Part shown: positions 1 to 13,303 of the stretch, in pieces
How positions within the stretch are numbered: the first letter of the stretch is position 1
How the letters are laid out: every line of letters starts with the position of its first letter
NCBI GenBank assembly: GCA_030390025.1
Contig: CM059433.1
Coordinates: 17,734,001 to 17,798,000 of the forward strand
Reading direction: 5' to 3'
Source of the DNA: Squalus acanthias
Taxonomy: Eukaryota
DNA: 64,000 nt
Program-made: the position numbers and the translations under genes
The notes under the pieces: generated by a model
Database searches by the model: none
Told to the model about the DNA's origin: nothing
The model's input: only the letters and a program-made list of their open reading frames with translations

Positions 1-70
1 TGCACTTCAAAAGTGCATTGGGGTGTCCTGAGGATTTGATAAGCTGCTATATAAATGAAAATTCTTTCTT
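1..70 (+). mobile_element. 3' tail of a DeuSINE/SacSINE1-like SINE
   Basis: cacttcaaaag...gggtgtcctgagg...gctatataaatg followed by a ttct tail; matches the 3' end of the copy at 257-735. Confidence 0.7.
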
Positions 71-256
71 TAATGTGGTAAGGAACACTTGGTGCTCGTT
101 CTGCCTTTCATGCAGTGCTTTATAGCCACCACCATCTTACTGGTCCATCTGTGGATATCATTAAATCATTCCTTGAAGCTATGTGCATGCCTGCTGACCG
201 GAGAGTTCAAATCCTTGGTCTCCCTATGGAAGATAGGGAGGTGTTGTTGTCTTATA

Positions 257-735
257 GTCAACCGTAGCTCAGTGGGTAGCACTCTCACTCTCTGCTGTCA
301 GAAGGTTGTGGGTTCAAATCCCACTCGAGAGACTTGAGCACATAAAGCTAGGCTGACACTCCAGTGCAGTACTGAGGAAGTGCTACACTGTTGGCGGTGC
401 CGTCTTTTAGATGAGACGTTAGACCGAGGCCCCGTCTGCTCTCTCAGGTGGATGTAAAACATCTCATGGCACTATTTCGAAGAAGAGCAGGAGAGTTATC
501 CACGGTGTCCTGGCCAGTATTTATCCCTTAATCAACATCACTAAAACTGATTATCTGGTCATCATTATCACATTACTGTTTGTGGGAGCTTGCTGTGCAC
601 AAATTGGCTGCTGCATTTCCTACATTATATCGGTGACTACACTTCAAAAGAACTTAATTGGCTGTAAAGCGCTTTGGGATGTACTGAGGTCGTGAAAGGC
701 GCTATATAAATGCAAGTCTTGCTTCTTTCTTCTAC
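257..735 (+). mobile_element. tRNA-headed DeuSINE (SacSINE1-like), full length
   Basis: A box (tagctcagtggg), B box (ggttcaaatccc), Deu-domain-like core (ggtggatgtaaaa...ggcactatttcgaagaagagcagg) and tail gaaaggcgctatataaatgcaag; other copies elsewhere in the window. Confidence 0.85.
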
Positions 736-1636
736 TTTCTTGGAGAGTTACATTGTTTCTTTTGTTTGAGGATTTTAGTAATGAGTCGATCTATTTCATT
801 ATACTTAAAAATAGTGAATGGCCTGCCAGCTTTTTGTGGCAACACCATAGAGACAATGAAAAACCATGAATGCTGGAAATCTGAAATAAAAACCAGAAAA
901 ATGCTGGAAATAGCCGCTGATCAAACAGCACCTGAGCGACTAAGCTAGCTAAACATTTCAGGTGTGACTCTGTATCAGAAATTCCAGTAATTGCTGATAC
1001 CTTAGAGGACGATCCAAGGTCGGAGCTTGGGAAGAGGGAAGTCCAGCCCATTTCTCGAATGTATTTCTTTTCATTTTTAAGATATTGATTGGCATGAAGA
1101 ACTCTCAGCAATTAATTGCGTTTTGCACTACTAGGACTTGGGTTCTTGTAATTGGTCCAATGTTGTGAAATCTCTCAAGTATTGCAAAGTACGTTAAATT
1201 GGAAGTTTTGCAAGTACAGTATGACTGTGATAGTTGTAAATTAGGTGGGAGAGCAAGAGATACTGCAGCTCAAGATAGCACTTCTAGATTAAAGACTTTT
1301 GGAAGCAAGTTTTAACAAGATACCAATTGTCTTGAGTGTGCAAAATTGTAAATATGCCATGTTACAAAACTGCAGTTAAAATAATTGCCCCTGAGGCATT
1401 ACCATGCTGTTGGTTTATATCAAAGCAGGCTGGCGGAAATCCCATTGGTTTTTAGCTGTTGCCATGGAAAATATTTTTTCAGACAAGTTATTTCTGGAAC
1501 CGTTCAAAATAAAATGTCAACCAATTTCAGATACATTTAAAGTTTTGAAATACTTCACAAATAAAGAGAAAGTCAGAAGAATTGCAAAAATTACACTGTC
1601 ATGATCCTAATTTCAGAATTTTGTTTTTTCCTAGCT

Positions 1637-1663
<27 letters not shown>
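1637..1663. repeat. (CA)n microsatellite
   Basis: Seen directly. Confidence 0.95.
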
Positions 1664-1667
<4 letters not shown>

Positions 1668-1885
1668 GTCTGCAGGAATATTGATGCAGTAGTTTGATTA
1701 TTAGTGAGTTTCTGGGCACTTGCTGAAGGTCCTGTAAATCATTGGCATCTTGGATTCCATGCCCATTTGTCCATTGTTTGCAGTGGAAAATCAGTGCTGC
1801 TCCATCTCCACCCCCTCGGCACTGCTCCTGGATTCCACCTGCCACTCCTCTAGGGGATTGGATATTGTTACGTGCTGTGGGCATC

Positions 1886-2232
1886 GGGTTGCCAACTCTA
1901 GTTGGACGTAGTCCTGGAGGTTTCGTCATGTGACCTCCTGCCTCCAACACTTCCGCCATCGATCACCTAAAACTTTCATCCTCATGTTTGACCGCTCTCC
2001 CCCCACCAATTGGAAGGCAAACAGACTCTGCATTACCCGAATGGATGATTCTTGACTGTGTGTCAAATTGCCTTTTTTCCCCCCCAATCTCCAATATTAT
2101 TATAACTAATAAATGAAAGTGTTCAAAGAAAATGAATAAAAAAACACTTTTAATGCTCTATGATTTTTCTCTTGGGTTACTCGCAGCAGTGTCCTGGAGA
2201 TTAATCCTTAATTCCTGGAGACTCCAGGACAT
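1886..2232. mobile_element. Probable non-autonomous DNA transposon fragment (gggttgccaac terminus), interrupted by CR1
   Basis: Begins gggttgccaact and has repeated cctggag motifs; gtcctggagg resumes at ~2891 after the CR1. Confidence 0.4.
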
Positions 2233-2242
2233 CTGGGATCTC

Positions 2243-2890
2243 CGGGATCTTGGGCTTCATAAATAGAGGTATTGAGTACAAAAGTAGAGCAGTTATGCTG
2301 AACCTTTATAAAGCGCTGGTTAGGCCACAACTGGAATATTGCGTCCAGTTCTGGTCACCACACTTCAGGAAGGATGTGAAGGCCCTTGAGAGGGTGCAGC
2401 GGAGATTTACCTGAATGGTTCCAGGGATGGGAGATCTTAGCTACAAGGACAGGTTGGAGAAGCTGGATTTGTTTTCATTAGAGCAAAGGAGGTTGAGGGG
2501 TGATTTGATAGAGGTGTACAAGATTATGACGGGATTGGAAAGGCTGGACGGGGAAAGGCTGATCCCACTAGTTGATGGTACAAGGACTAGGGGACACAGA
2601 TTTAAGGTTTTGGGCAAGAGATACAGGGGGGATGTGAGGAAAAACATTTTTACGCAGTGAGTGGTGAGGACCTGGAACTCGCTGCTGACGGAAGTGGTGG
2701 AAGCGGAGACACTCAATGTTTTCAAGGGGAGACTGGATAGGCACTTGAGGGAAATAAACTTGCAGGGCTACGGGGATAGAGTGGGGGAATGGGACTGACT
2801 GGATTGCTCTACAGATAGCCGGCACGGACTCGATGGGCCGAATGGCCTCCTTCTGTGCTGTTAGGACTCTATGACTATGACTCTATGACA
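2243..2890 (+). mobile_element. CR1 LINE 3' fragment (young subfamily)
   Basis: RT C-terminus (LEYCVQFWSP, LFSLEQRRLRGDLIEVYK), 3' UTR gggccgaatggcctccttctgtgctg and (ctatga)n tail; near-identical to 31290-32480 and 53115-53390. Confidence 0.95.
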
Positions 2891-3039
2891 GTCCTGGAGG
2901 ACTTATGTGGGCAAGAATTCTCGCAGTAGTTTTGCCAGATCAAGAACCCGCAAGCACCCACCGCATGCAACAGTGTTCAATCCCCTGGAACCGCACCAGG
3001 CAAGTGTCTAGCATGGCACTGAAGGGGTGCTGCTGAGGG

Positions 3040-3340
3040 AGGAAGGTACCAGCATGAACGGGGGAACAGCGAGAGTAGTAGAATGCCAGCTTAAACTGAG
3101 TGGGAAGGGGGGAAAGAATGTCAGCGTGAAACTTGGCGGGGGGGGGGAGCTTGAAATGAGGGCGAGGGTGGGGAAAAAATGCTAGGGTGAACTGACGAGA
3201 GGGAGAGAAAGCGTGCCAGCTTGAACTGGGAGCAAGAAAAGTGGTCAAATAAATGATGGGAGAGGAGAGAAGAGTTCCAATTTGAATTGAGGAGAGGGGG
3301 AGACGAATGCCAGCAAGCACTGGTAGGTGAGGGGCAGAAG
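3040..3340. repeat. Degenerate purine-rich minisatellite (~30-36 bp unit, aatgccagcttgaactg plus G/A tract)
   Basis: Core recurs at about 3082, 3117, 3148, 3178, 3212 and 3306. Confidence 0.55.
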
Positions 3341-3559
3341 AAGAATTCTGTCTGTGAATTGTGGTGGGGAAGGTAACCATTTCAAATCAATTTAACAATC
3401 AAACTTAGCAACAGAGAGTACCAATATACATTCACAGTAGTCTGGCATTTCACCACAAGAAATGGCAGAACAAAATAAATATATTCCTATACGGCGAAAA
3501 GGGGGTTCATCAAATAATAGAGTTCCGTGGATAAATTGAAATATTAAAGCTAAACTGAA

Positions 3560-6520
3560 ACTTAAAGGGCGGCAAAGAAAATCATAAGGAATACAGAAAT
3601 TGTAGTGTGGAGGTGAAAAGGGAGATTAGACAAGATAAAAAAGGAATGTGGAGAAAGGCTAGCAGATAACATAAAAGGAAATACTAAGAGCTTTTAAAAG
3701 TATATTAAAGTAAGTAAGTAAAAGAATAATTAAAGAGAGAATAGGACAGAGTAGATAGATGATGAAGGTGGGAGTCTAATTGTGGAGAATGAAGTTTTAC
3801 AGAAAGTGTTGAAATGAAGATGTACTAGAGGAGGAAATGGATTCATTGTTAGCAATAACTAGAAAAGGAATTGGTTCTAAAAATGTTATCAGAATTGAAG
3901 GTGACCATGGCCCCTGATGCCATGCAACCTGTTGAAAGAGTTAGAGAGGAGATAGCAGAGGTGCTGGCCACAATTTTTCAATCCTTCTAAAATGTGCAAT
4001 GTGTGCCACCAAATTGAAGAATAGCCAATGTAACACCTTTATTCAAGAAGGAACAAAAATATAAGTTGGCTAACTATAGTTGTGATTTGTAGACAAACTC
4101 TCAGGGGGGAATTTTTCAGGGGGTCAGTGGGCGCGTTTGATGGCGGTTCGGGTGGGAAAAATTCTTTTTGACAGCGGGTCAGGAACCCGCTACCACGCGA
4201 CTTTTCCAGATGTCGGGTCTGTCAGCGCTGAACAGACCCGACACGCAGCGGCAGGGGAGGCAATTTAGGTCATTATGACCTTGTTAAGAGCCACTTGAAA
4301 AGTATTTTGAATTCACCTTCAGAGTTTACCAGGTCGCCCACGGGGTCTGCGCTGCTCGGGGACCACATCAAGTAAGGAAGTCGGGAGTTGTGTTACCATG
4401 AAATTATCTCTTTACTTGAGAGCTGCAAATGCGCTATAAAAGCTCCCATCTCACAGCTGTTCACTTTCCAAGCTCAGAAGCTGTTGCTTACTGCATTTGG
4501 AAGACAGATTGAGCATTATGCAGGTTGCAAGTGTTTGGAGTAAACTCTGTATCCAGTGTCACCTCATTGGAACAACCTCACTATCTCACCATTGACAGAT
4601 TGCTTCTGTCATCTTAACCTCACCTGCCATCTATTACATCAGCATCGATGCCCTTGAAACAATCTCACCTTGGTCCTCAGAATCCCACCACGATCAGCCC
4701 CAACACCAGCAGCACCAGGCACACCAGCAGCACCAACAACAACACCAACCTTCTCCGCAATCAACTGATGCTGCACAGGACACAGGGCATCAGCACCCGA
4801 CCACATTGCTGCCCGGGAGGCCAGGGATGGCCTCACCATAGCCAGATTTACTTCACTTGATGCTGTACACCCTGGCTGCCACATGATGCGCCAGGTTGGC
4901 ACCACCCCACACCAACAACATAAAGCATCCCTACAATGCCCAAGCCATTCCTTTCACACTCATCACCATTGCGGGGGGTACCGTTATGTCTCACCAATCA
5001 CTGCAACTCACTAAGCCACTTCCAAAGGTGCACACAAATCTGTCCAAGAACGCAAAGTGCTGAAAATAAAGATTTCAATGTTTGACAGCACATTAACAGA
5101 AACTTCACATGAACACTGGCTAAAACACACAAGTGCCTACCCTCGTGTGTTGTTAGTTGATACGATTGGACTAGGATGAGGGTGAGTGTGAGGGGTGGCT
5201 AGTGAGATGGGGAAGTGACAATGTAGATAGAGAGGGATAGGTGGAGGTGCAAGCTAAGTTGGTGTGCGTAAGGATGTGCAGGAGTAGGGTAGGGAAGGCA
5301 GCATGATGGGGATGTGATGAGTAGCACAGCAGGATGAGGTTGCGTGTGGCTTTGCAGTAAAGTTTCATGATCTACTGAGATCATTGAAAGGTTTGCGCCA
5401 CTGCAGCCTGGTCCTCCTGACGACATCCCTGCTTGTGCCCTCCTGTGTAATGTGCAACTAGGCTGCGTTGATCTCCTGGGAGGTCTCTTCCACCCATTGG
5501 AAGGGAAGAGAGCCTCCCTGCGTGCTGTGACTCCCTCCATATGCATATGGAGGGAGTCATGGGAGAGCCTGGGTGCAGCCCTGTACCTCTATACAGTGAT
5601 TGTGAGTGTTTGCAGCACCTCAATGCTTTAGAACACTGACAGCACAAATGTCAAAATTAATTTGCGCATGGTCCCTTTAAGGAAACTGGCTGATGACGCA
5701 TCATCGAATGACATCATCAGACCCGCTTCCTTCAATTGGCCGGCAAACGTGCTGGGCGATTTTAACAAGCCCAATCAACGTAAAATCCTTCCACACAGCG
5801 GGCTGGAGCCAGCAGCGAGGTCGGGACCTGCCACCGACCCCGGCCGCACCGGACCCGCCAAGGTAAGGGAAATCACGGCCTTAGAATCCATAATTTGAGA
5901 AAAAGTTAGTGAGCACTTAGAAATGCAATGGTTAATCAAACAACTGAGAATACAGATTTGTTAAAGACAAGTCATATTTGACAAACGAGAAGTCTTTTGA
6001 AGAAGTGACTGACTAGATAGATAAAGAGGATGCAGTAGATGCAGTGAATTTGGATTTTCAGAAGATTTTCAATAGATTTTCTAACAAAAGGCTTATTAGA
6101 CAAATTCAGGCATATGCTGGTTGATAGACTGAAGGAAAGAATCAGGGTAAATGGGTATTGCTCAGATTGGAGAAAGGTTGGAAGAGGACTATTAAAAAGA
6201 CTTTAGGAAGTCAAAAAACAGGTTAGTGGAATGGGCTGATGAAATTCAATGTGGATAAACGTGAGGCAATACATTTTAGAAGGAAAACAAAGAATGGGAA
6301 TATACACTCAATGGAAAGATGCTGAAGGGTGTGAATGATTAGGGAGACCTAAGGGTTCAACTACATAGTTCGCTGAAACTGTCAGTGGAAGTAGATAAAG
6401 TCATAAAATAGGTCGACAGCATTTTGGGTTTTATAAATAGGAGTATACAGTATAAGAGTAAAGGCAAAATGATAAATTTGTACAAAACATTGGCGAGGCC
6501 TTTGTGCAGTTTTGGATACC
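3560..6520 (+). mobile_element. Old CR1 ORF2 remnant, split by the Harbinger element at 4104-5880
   Basis: Degenerate RT motifs (gccaatgtaacacctttattcaagaagg; ttggattttcagaag; gggttttataaatagg) on both sides of the insertion. Confidence 0.75.
4104..5880. mobile_element. PIF/Harbinger non-autonomous element with Myb/SANT remnant
   Basis: Termini ggggggaattt / aaatcacggcc flanked by tca/tta; minus strand ~5380-5410 reads WLQWRKPFNDL (Myb/SANT-like); homologous to 10398-12260. Confidence 0.75.
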
Positions 6521-6524
6521 CTAT

Positions 6525-7420
6525 TCATAGAATCATAGAATGGTTACAGCACAGAAGGAGGCCATTCGACCCCTCGAGCCCGTGCCGGCTCTCTGCAAGA
6601 GCACTTCAGCTCGTCCCATTCCTCCGCCCTTTCCCCGTAGCCCTGCAATTTTTTTTCCTTTAAGTACTTATCCAATTCCCTTTTGAAAGCCATGATTGAA
6701 TCTGCCTCCACCACCCTTTCAGGCAGTGACGTTCCAGATCATAACCACTCGCTGCATAAAAAAGTTGTCCCTCATGTCGCCTTTGGTTCTTCTGCCAATT
6801 ACCTTAAATCTGTGTCCTCTTGTTCTCGACCCTTCCTCCAATGGGAACAGTTTCTCTCTATCTACTCTGTCTAGACCCCTCATGATTTTGAACACCTCTA
6901 TCAAATCTCTTCTCAACCTTCTCTGCTCTAAAGAGAACAACCCCAGCTTCTCCAGTCTATTCACGTAACTGAAGTCCTCATCCCCGGAATCATTCTTGTA
7001 AATTTTTTCTGCACCCTCTCTAAGGCCTTCACATCCTTCCTAAAGTGCGGTGCCCAGAATTGGACACAATACTCCAGTTGAGGCTCAACCAGTGTTTTAT
7101 AAAGGTTCATCATAATTTTCTTGCTTTTGTACTCTATGGGCTGGATTTTGTCTTGGGGTCGGGTTGGGGTCGTGTCATCCGCATTTTCGTGTTCCCCCCG
7201 ACTCCAGATTAATGTGGATGAATGATGCAATTTTCACTTAATTAGGCAATTGAGTTCCAGCATGTGGGAACCCATGAACCAATTAGTGGTTTCAGTCTGA
7301 AAGTCGCCTCTGATGATGTCATCATTGCTGACTGCCTGGTGTCAGAGACTGTCTGGATGTTGGTGAGAGAGGACCTGCCTGGCTTTTGATGTGAGTGGAC
7401 CTGGATGCAAAATGTGGGGG

Positions 7421-7458
<38 letters not shown>

Positions 7459-7980
7459 TTTTTTTTGCATCCAAGTCCTCTCACAGCAAAGGCCATGCAG
7501 TCTCTGAAGACATTCAATTCAGCAGCATCAGAGGCGACTTTCACACCTAATACTACTACTACCTTCATCACATCTCCGTTGTATTAGTGGACCTGCAGCT
7601 GATAGTCAGCTATCCACTTGTGCTCCCGCCAGGTTTCACTGGAGTGTTTCACATCAGGCCTACTTCACGTCGGAAAAGGGTTAAACTGGCTAAAACGTTT
7701 CAAAATGGCATTACACAGCCAATTTAGGGCTTGTTAAGGGCTTTAATGGCCTCTCCCGCCTCTTGGAGGTAGGACGGAGTCGGGAACTCCGCGACTGATT
7801 TTGTCAAAATTGCGTGGAGGCGGGATGGAGTCAGGATGGGGTCGGGACCCCCGAATCTGCAACTTTAACCCCCCACACGCCTCCAAACCCGACTCCATGG
7901 GTCATTGAAAATCCAGCCCATGCCTCTAATTATGTAGCCCAGAATCCCGTATGCTTTTTTAACTGCTTTCTCATTTATTG
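6525..7980 (-). mobile_element. CR1 LINE 3' fragment, interrupted by a MITE
   Basis: ORFs 6719-6964 and 6961-7230 encode the CR1 RT C-terminus; 3' tail at 6525-6545; CR1 resumes at 7920. Confidence 0.9.
7138..7919. mobile_element. Harbinger-type MITE
   Basis: Perfect TIR gggctggatttt / aaaatccagccc; at(g) duplicated at the CR1 break; internal (GA)n at 7424-7452. Confidence 0.85.
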
Positions 7981-8492
7981 TAGAAAGGACATTAAAGCCA
8001 TTGAAAGTGTACAGCATAGATTCACCAAGATGATGCCAGCGGTGGAAACTATAGTTATGAGGAGAGACTTGAGATACAGGGATTATTTCCGCAGGAGCAG
8101 AGAAACCCAAGAGGAGATTTAATAGAGGTTTTTAAAAATTATGAAGGATTTCAATAGCATGAATAGGAAAAATATATTTACTGTGGTTAGGGAATCAGTG
8201 ATGAGGGGTCATCAATTTAAAATTGTCACTACAGTAGTGAGGAGAAAGTTTAGGAGAAATTTCTTTAAGCAGAGTGTTGGAGTATGGAATGCTTTGCCAC
8301 AGGGGGTAGTTGAGGCAGACACCACTGCATTTTTCAACAGAAGGTTGGATAAACGCTTGAAGCAAAGGGACATACAGGACTATGGAGAGAGAGGGGGACA
8401 ACTGGGTTAGTTTTAGATTGCACCAGCAAAGAGCCAGTGCAGGCATAATGGGCATGATGTCCTCCTGTACTGTAAACTTCTGTGGTTCTATG
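7980..8492 (+). mobile_element. Older CR1 3' fragment
   Basis: RKDIKAIESVQHRFTKMMP and RNFFKQSVGVWNALPQ; CR1-type 3' UTR. Confidence 0.85.
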
Positions 8493-10069
8493 GTCTGTTT
8501 TCAGACTGCCACTGACAAAGCAGTTCTAAAGAACAAAATGGTACAAGAAGTGACTGAGAAGGCACAGAGATTTTTTTATTGTTATTTAGAAATATGGAGA
8601 ATTTGCTAAAATATGCTTCCCCTTTAATTAAATTAGTACAAGAAACATGACTAACAAGGATTAACCCTGGATAGGGCCAGTGCTTCCTGTTTTGCCAATG
8701 AATTTCCCCACACTACTGCTCTATGTAATGTGTGTTAAAGCCAAGATCTCCAGTTCCTTATCATTTACCCGAAGCAGTTCTTTAATCCATATTACTATAA
8801 AGAAAGAAAGATGGTGAAGCACACACTTGAATCTCAGCTCATGTTCTCACAATATTAAGCACTGTTTTTGGCAAATGTTACGAATGAATTCCAAGCTCAT
8901 CTGCACAGAATTTCATGAGTGCCTTTTTAAATATGGTTCCCCAGTGCTTCACTTCTCCAATGCTCTACAGTTGGATTCACACCCACACTACAACTCCCAC
9001 ACTCTTATCTCCTCACTGCTCCATCGCTTTAACTCTTGAATGCTAATTGAGAACTGAGCAGAGCACCAGAGAAATTGCAGTTTATGAATATAATCGACTC
9101 TCTTTCAGTACATGATATCGTAATAACATAACCGATGGATGTTTGTCTCCAGTGAAAACCAGGATTTCCTCAGATTGTGACCGATGCCGCCTCGTGTTCT
9201 GAAGTGTTGTATTGTCGAGCTATTAAAGCTTGCCAATTATTATTCAAGTCAGTACAGCCACTTCACAGTACTTGTTTTTGTGTTTATGCCGACTGCCATA
9301 ATGTGTTGTCTAAACTCCTGTGACGAATCCTCTGGCCACTTTGAGGGAACGGCAGATGCTTTCTCTGCATGATTCACCGCCACCCACCCGCCCAGCCCAC
9401 CACCACTACACAGATACACACACAAACACTTATCCAAAGCCAGCATATTTCCAGAAATTGTCACAAAGATCTTTGCACTGCAGGGCTGATTCAGGATCCG
9501 GCCCTCCCAGCAGGGAGCAGTACTTGCTCACAGCACATCTTGGTTAAATCATGGGCTGCACACCTGCAATTTCCAGAGCTGTGTTCCCTGTGAGCGTGGG
9601 ATTGCAGCATTACCTCTGTTACCATGCCTTTAGAACCCTGGAAACCACAAGCCCCAGGAACTTTAAATTCAATGGACCCCTGAACTTGTGACCTTTTTAA
9701 AAAAAATATGTCAATGTGCTTTTGTGGTTTTTGAATAAAAGCTTTTTATGGAAAGTGGTAAATACAACAGTGATACTCGATTTAAAAAAATAATAATTCC
9801 AGTAGCGGGGATCTACCATCCCTTCAATTGCTTTTACTCCTTGTCCACCTTTCCTTGTCTTTGGATATTTCCAGATTTTGGCTTCTATTGTCCATACACT
9901 TATACTTTGTATATTAAAGCTGCTGTTAACTCTCAATTCAATTATCATCGTGAAGGTTCTTGCCTAATTTATCATTGTCAAAATGGTTTTTGGCATGGCT
10001 GTTCCACTGGAGGTCTTGCTTCCTATGTTATACACCTCTGGAACTCTGCTCTTGTGTACTTTTTTCAAC

Positions 10070-10395
10070 CATTTATCATTGCATTGCCTTTAGACAGGGT
10101 CTGGTACAATGTACTTCTAAACAGGTTATCATGCGGTCTCTCACCGTAGCTGGCTGGCTTTCTCTCATTACTATACCTGTGCTATAGTTTGATGGCTCAT
10201 CCTTCAACTCTTTTTCCATCAACTCATGAATTACTCAAGACTCTGTCCTCTCTCCCACTCTGTTTCTTCTTCATATTTTTCTTCCACTCATGATTCAATC
10301 CGATTTACACATTAGGTTAATTAAATTCCTCCAAATCGCAATGCACTCAGTGCTCATTGCTTTCAGTCTTCTCACAGTGAAATGGCTGAATCACT
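10070..10395 (+). mobile_element. Highly decayed LINE RT fragment (L2/CR1 group)
   Basis: Remnants resembling AFDRVW and QGSVLSPTLF motifs. Confidence 0.45.
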
Positions 10396-10397
10396 GT

Positions 10398-12260
10398 GGC
10401 CGGAATTTTCGGGTGTCCGTGCAGGCAGGAATGGAGGCGAGTCGGGTGGGAGATTTGAAAAAAGTGGGAGCGGGTCGGGAACCCGCCGTCATCCCGCTCC
10501 CACGCGCCTTTCCCTCAGGCGCATTTGCCGGTGCGGCAGCGACCTGACCAGCAGAGGCGGGCGACCTAATTCAAATAATTATAACCTTGTTTACAGACAC
10601 TTAAGAGCCTTTTCCCCCCAACATTTTAAATTTACCTGGATGGCCACAGGAACCATGCTGCTCAGGAACCACGTCTGTCAACCTGAGGCGGGAGTTCACT
10701 TGCCATTGCTCCAGCTGATTAGTTGACAGCATGAAATGTACTATAAAAGCTCCCACCTGACAGCTGATCACTTTCCTCAGGCAGAAGCTGTTGCTCACTG
10801 CATTCCCAGCACAGATTCTGCAGGCTGCAAGTGTTTCCAGCAAAGTCTCCATCCAGTGTCACCTCATTGGAAGAACCTCTCTCACCATTGACAGATTGCT
10901 TCTGTCATCTCTACTTCACCTGTCATCTATTCCATCAACAGGGGTGCCTTTATACTGTCTCACCTTGGTCCCACCACAATGATCCCCAACACCAGCAGCA
11001 CCAGGCACACCAGCAGCACCAACAACAACACCACCAACCTTCTCCGCAATCACCTGATGCTGCACAGGACAAAGGGCATCAGCACCCGGCCACATTGCTG
11101 CCCGGGAGACCAGGGATGGCCTCATCATTGCCAGATTTACTTCACTTGACGCTGTATACCCATATGGCTGCCACATGATGCGCCAGGTTGGCACCACCCC
11201 GCAGCAACACCATACAACATCCCTGCAATGGCCAAGCCATTCCTTTCACACTCATCACCATTGTGGGGGGTACCGTTATGTCTCACCATTCACTGCAACT
11301 AAGCCACTTCCAAAGGTGCACACAAATCTGTCCAAGACTGGAAAGTGGTGAAAATAAAGATTTTTATGTTTGACAGCACATTAACGGAAACTTTACATAA
11401 ACATCGGATAAAACACCCAAGTGGCTACCCTTATGAATCTACCTCTGTGTCATCTTTCTCTTCCACATGCTTCTACGAGGTGCTAGCCCTGTGGCTTCAG
11501 CAGAGGTAGAGGCAGCCTGCTCACTTCCCTGCTGCCAAGGAGCTGGAGAGCACCTTGCTGCACATCAGTGGGGCCATGAGGACCCACGTCTACACTGACA
11601 TCCCTCCTAGAGAGGAGCTGTATGAGCCTCTGCCATCTATCCTCCATAGATAGCCATCTATTCTCCATAGGGACCATGTGCTCCTGTGAGTGGCGCATTA
11701 GCTGCTCCATGTAGGTGGCCATCCTATCCATGGAGGAGCCTACAGTCGCCATCGCCTGCAACATGGTGGTGCTCATGTTGGAGATGGACTCCTCCATTCT
11801 CTGAACATTTGCAGACCTCGCATGGCCCCTGAGGCTCAGCATCTGCATGCAGCTGAGCAGACCTAGGAGTGTCCTGCGCCCTCCGGCGAGAACTCTCCAT
11901 TGCTGTCCCTGTCTCCACCATCTGCTCTTGCTCACTTGTGAGTTGTGAGGCACCAGGTGACAACACGACTCTATCTCGCAAATGACCTACCCAGGTGTGC
12001 GTATCTGTGCTGGTGCTGGGTGTGCTTATGTCTGTTGACCGTGTGCCCTCAGAGGCTGGAGGCTCCTCTGAGGAGTCATCTTCCTCTTGCTCCTGGACAG
12101 TGGAGGGGTGGGGGGTCTCTTGATGGACCTGTGGGAGAGTCAAGAGATGAGTTAGATATGTGCAGATACCATTATGCATATGATGACCATTCACTGGCTG
12201 CTGACATCGGTCCCTATATGAGTGACAGATGTATGCCACATAGCTGTATGATATGTAATT
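10398..12260. mobile_element. PIF/Harbinger derivative, second copy of the 4104-5880 family, one end truncated
   Basis: Starts ggccggaattttc; 10700-11430 closely matches 4400-5140; minus strand 11510-12130 carries an acidic/coiled-coil Myb-partner exon remnant (QEQEEDDSSEE...MEESISNMSTTML). Confidence 0.75.
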
Positions 12261-13303
12261 TTGTCACCAGGTTGCTGAGATGTCCCCCTCTCTCCGTCTC
12301 CCACCTCCAGCTGCTCGGTCAGCCACTCCCGATATTTCCAGGAACTGGGTTCATATTGTCCCCAAAATCTACAAATAAACTGGAGGTTCCTCACAACCAG
12401 AGGAGACAATATCCGATCAGTCTGGGCCAGACTCGAGTCCGGGTCCTTGGGGGTGAAAGAACTTTGCGTGAATTCCACCTCCTTCCAAGATGCAGATTTT
12501 GTAAATTTCAAATGCTGTGTGTTGCAAGGGGTCATTTCCTCCCTTAGCCTCCTCCCCTGTGTGAACTGAAGAAAATAGAGTTCGGGCAAGTTTTTATTCT
12601 TTAGTTTGTATCCAGGCTCTGCTTTATTGCTGTGGCATTTTTTAAATATTTCATGGAAATAATGCACTGTGCGCGGATGGCTGCTTCTTCCAACATAACG
12701 GGTGAAATTGCCATCTAATCTTGTGGTCTTTCTTCTACTGGTGACTGGCTGTGTCCCAGCGCAGCGGCGACTCACAATCCGGCGCTCTCTGACTCTCTTC
12801 CCCGAACTTGATTCGGGAACATCAGTCTGCACCAGCCTGCATCCCAGGCCTTCCACGGTGGTCAGACGAAATGGCAGCTTATTAAGGCTTCCTGCTAGCA
12901 GCTGGCGCACTGGTTGCCGTGCATGTAATTGGGAGTTGGCTCAGTGAGCATCAGGAGTAAACAGCTCTCAGCATTCTGATGCCGTATCCTGAGAACTGTA
13001 GGTAATTGGGGCTCACTTTAACACGCCGTATGTGAATGATAAGTTCCTTGGTGTGCGCTGCAATATGTACATCCGAACATTCCAGAATCACAGTTGAAAA
13101 AGGGAAATGATTTGGTTATGTTGGCCTTATGATGGCTTTTTATCATTGTAATTGCAGAAGGGATGTATACGTGCAGATCATAGCAGGGAGAATGTTTGTT
13201 GCTTAGTTACTACCAACATAAAAGACAGAAAGCATCAAATATATATGCAAAACTACTGTGTTAGAAATACCAATCAATTGATTAGAACTGAATCAAATAT
13301 ATA

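Noticed and set aside
257..335. tRNA-like A/B boxes
   Set aside because: SINE head, not a tRNA gene; no complete cloverleaf, and it continues into the SINE body
791..1111. 106-aa minus-strand ORF and a possible plus-strand exon at ~962-1060
   Set aside because: No recognisable protein, weak splice sites, and partial overlap with a Penelope tail remnant
4639..4905. Q/H-rich ORFs here and at 10831-11197
   Set aside because: Low-complexity (cagcac/caa)n tract inside two copies of a Harbinger derivative
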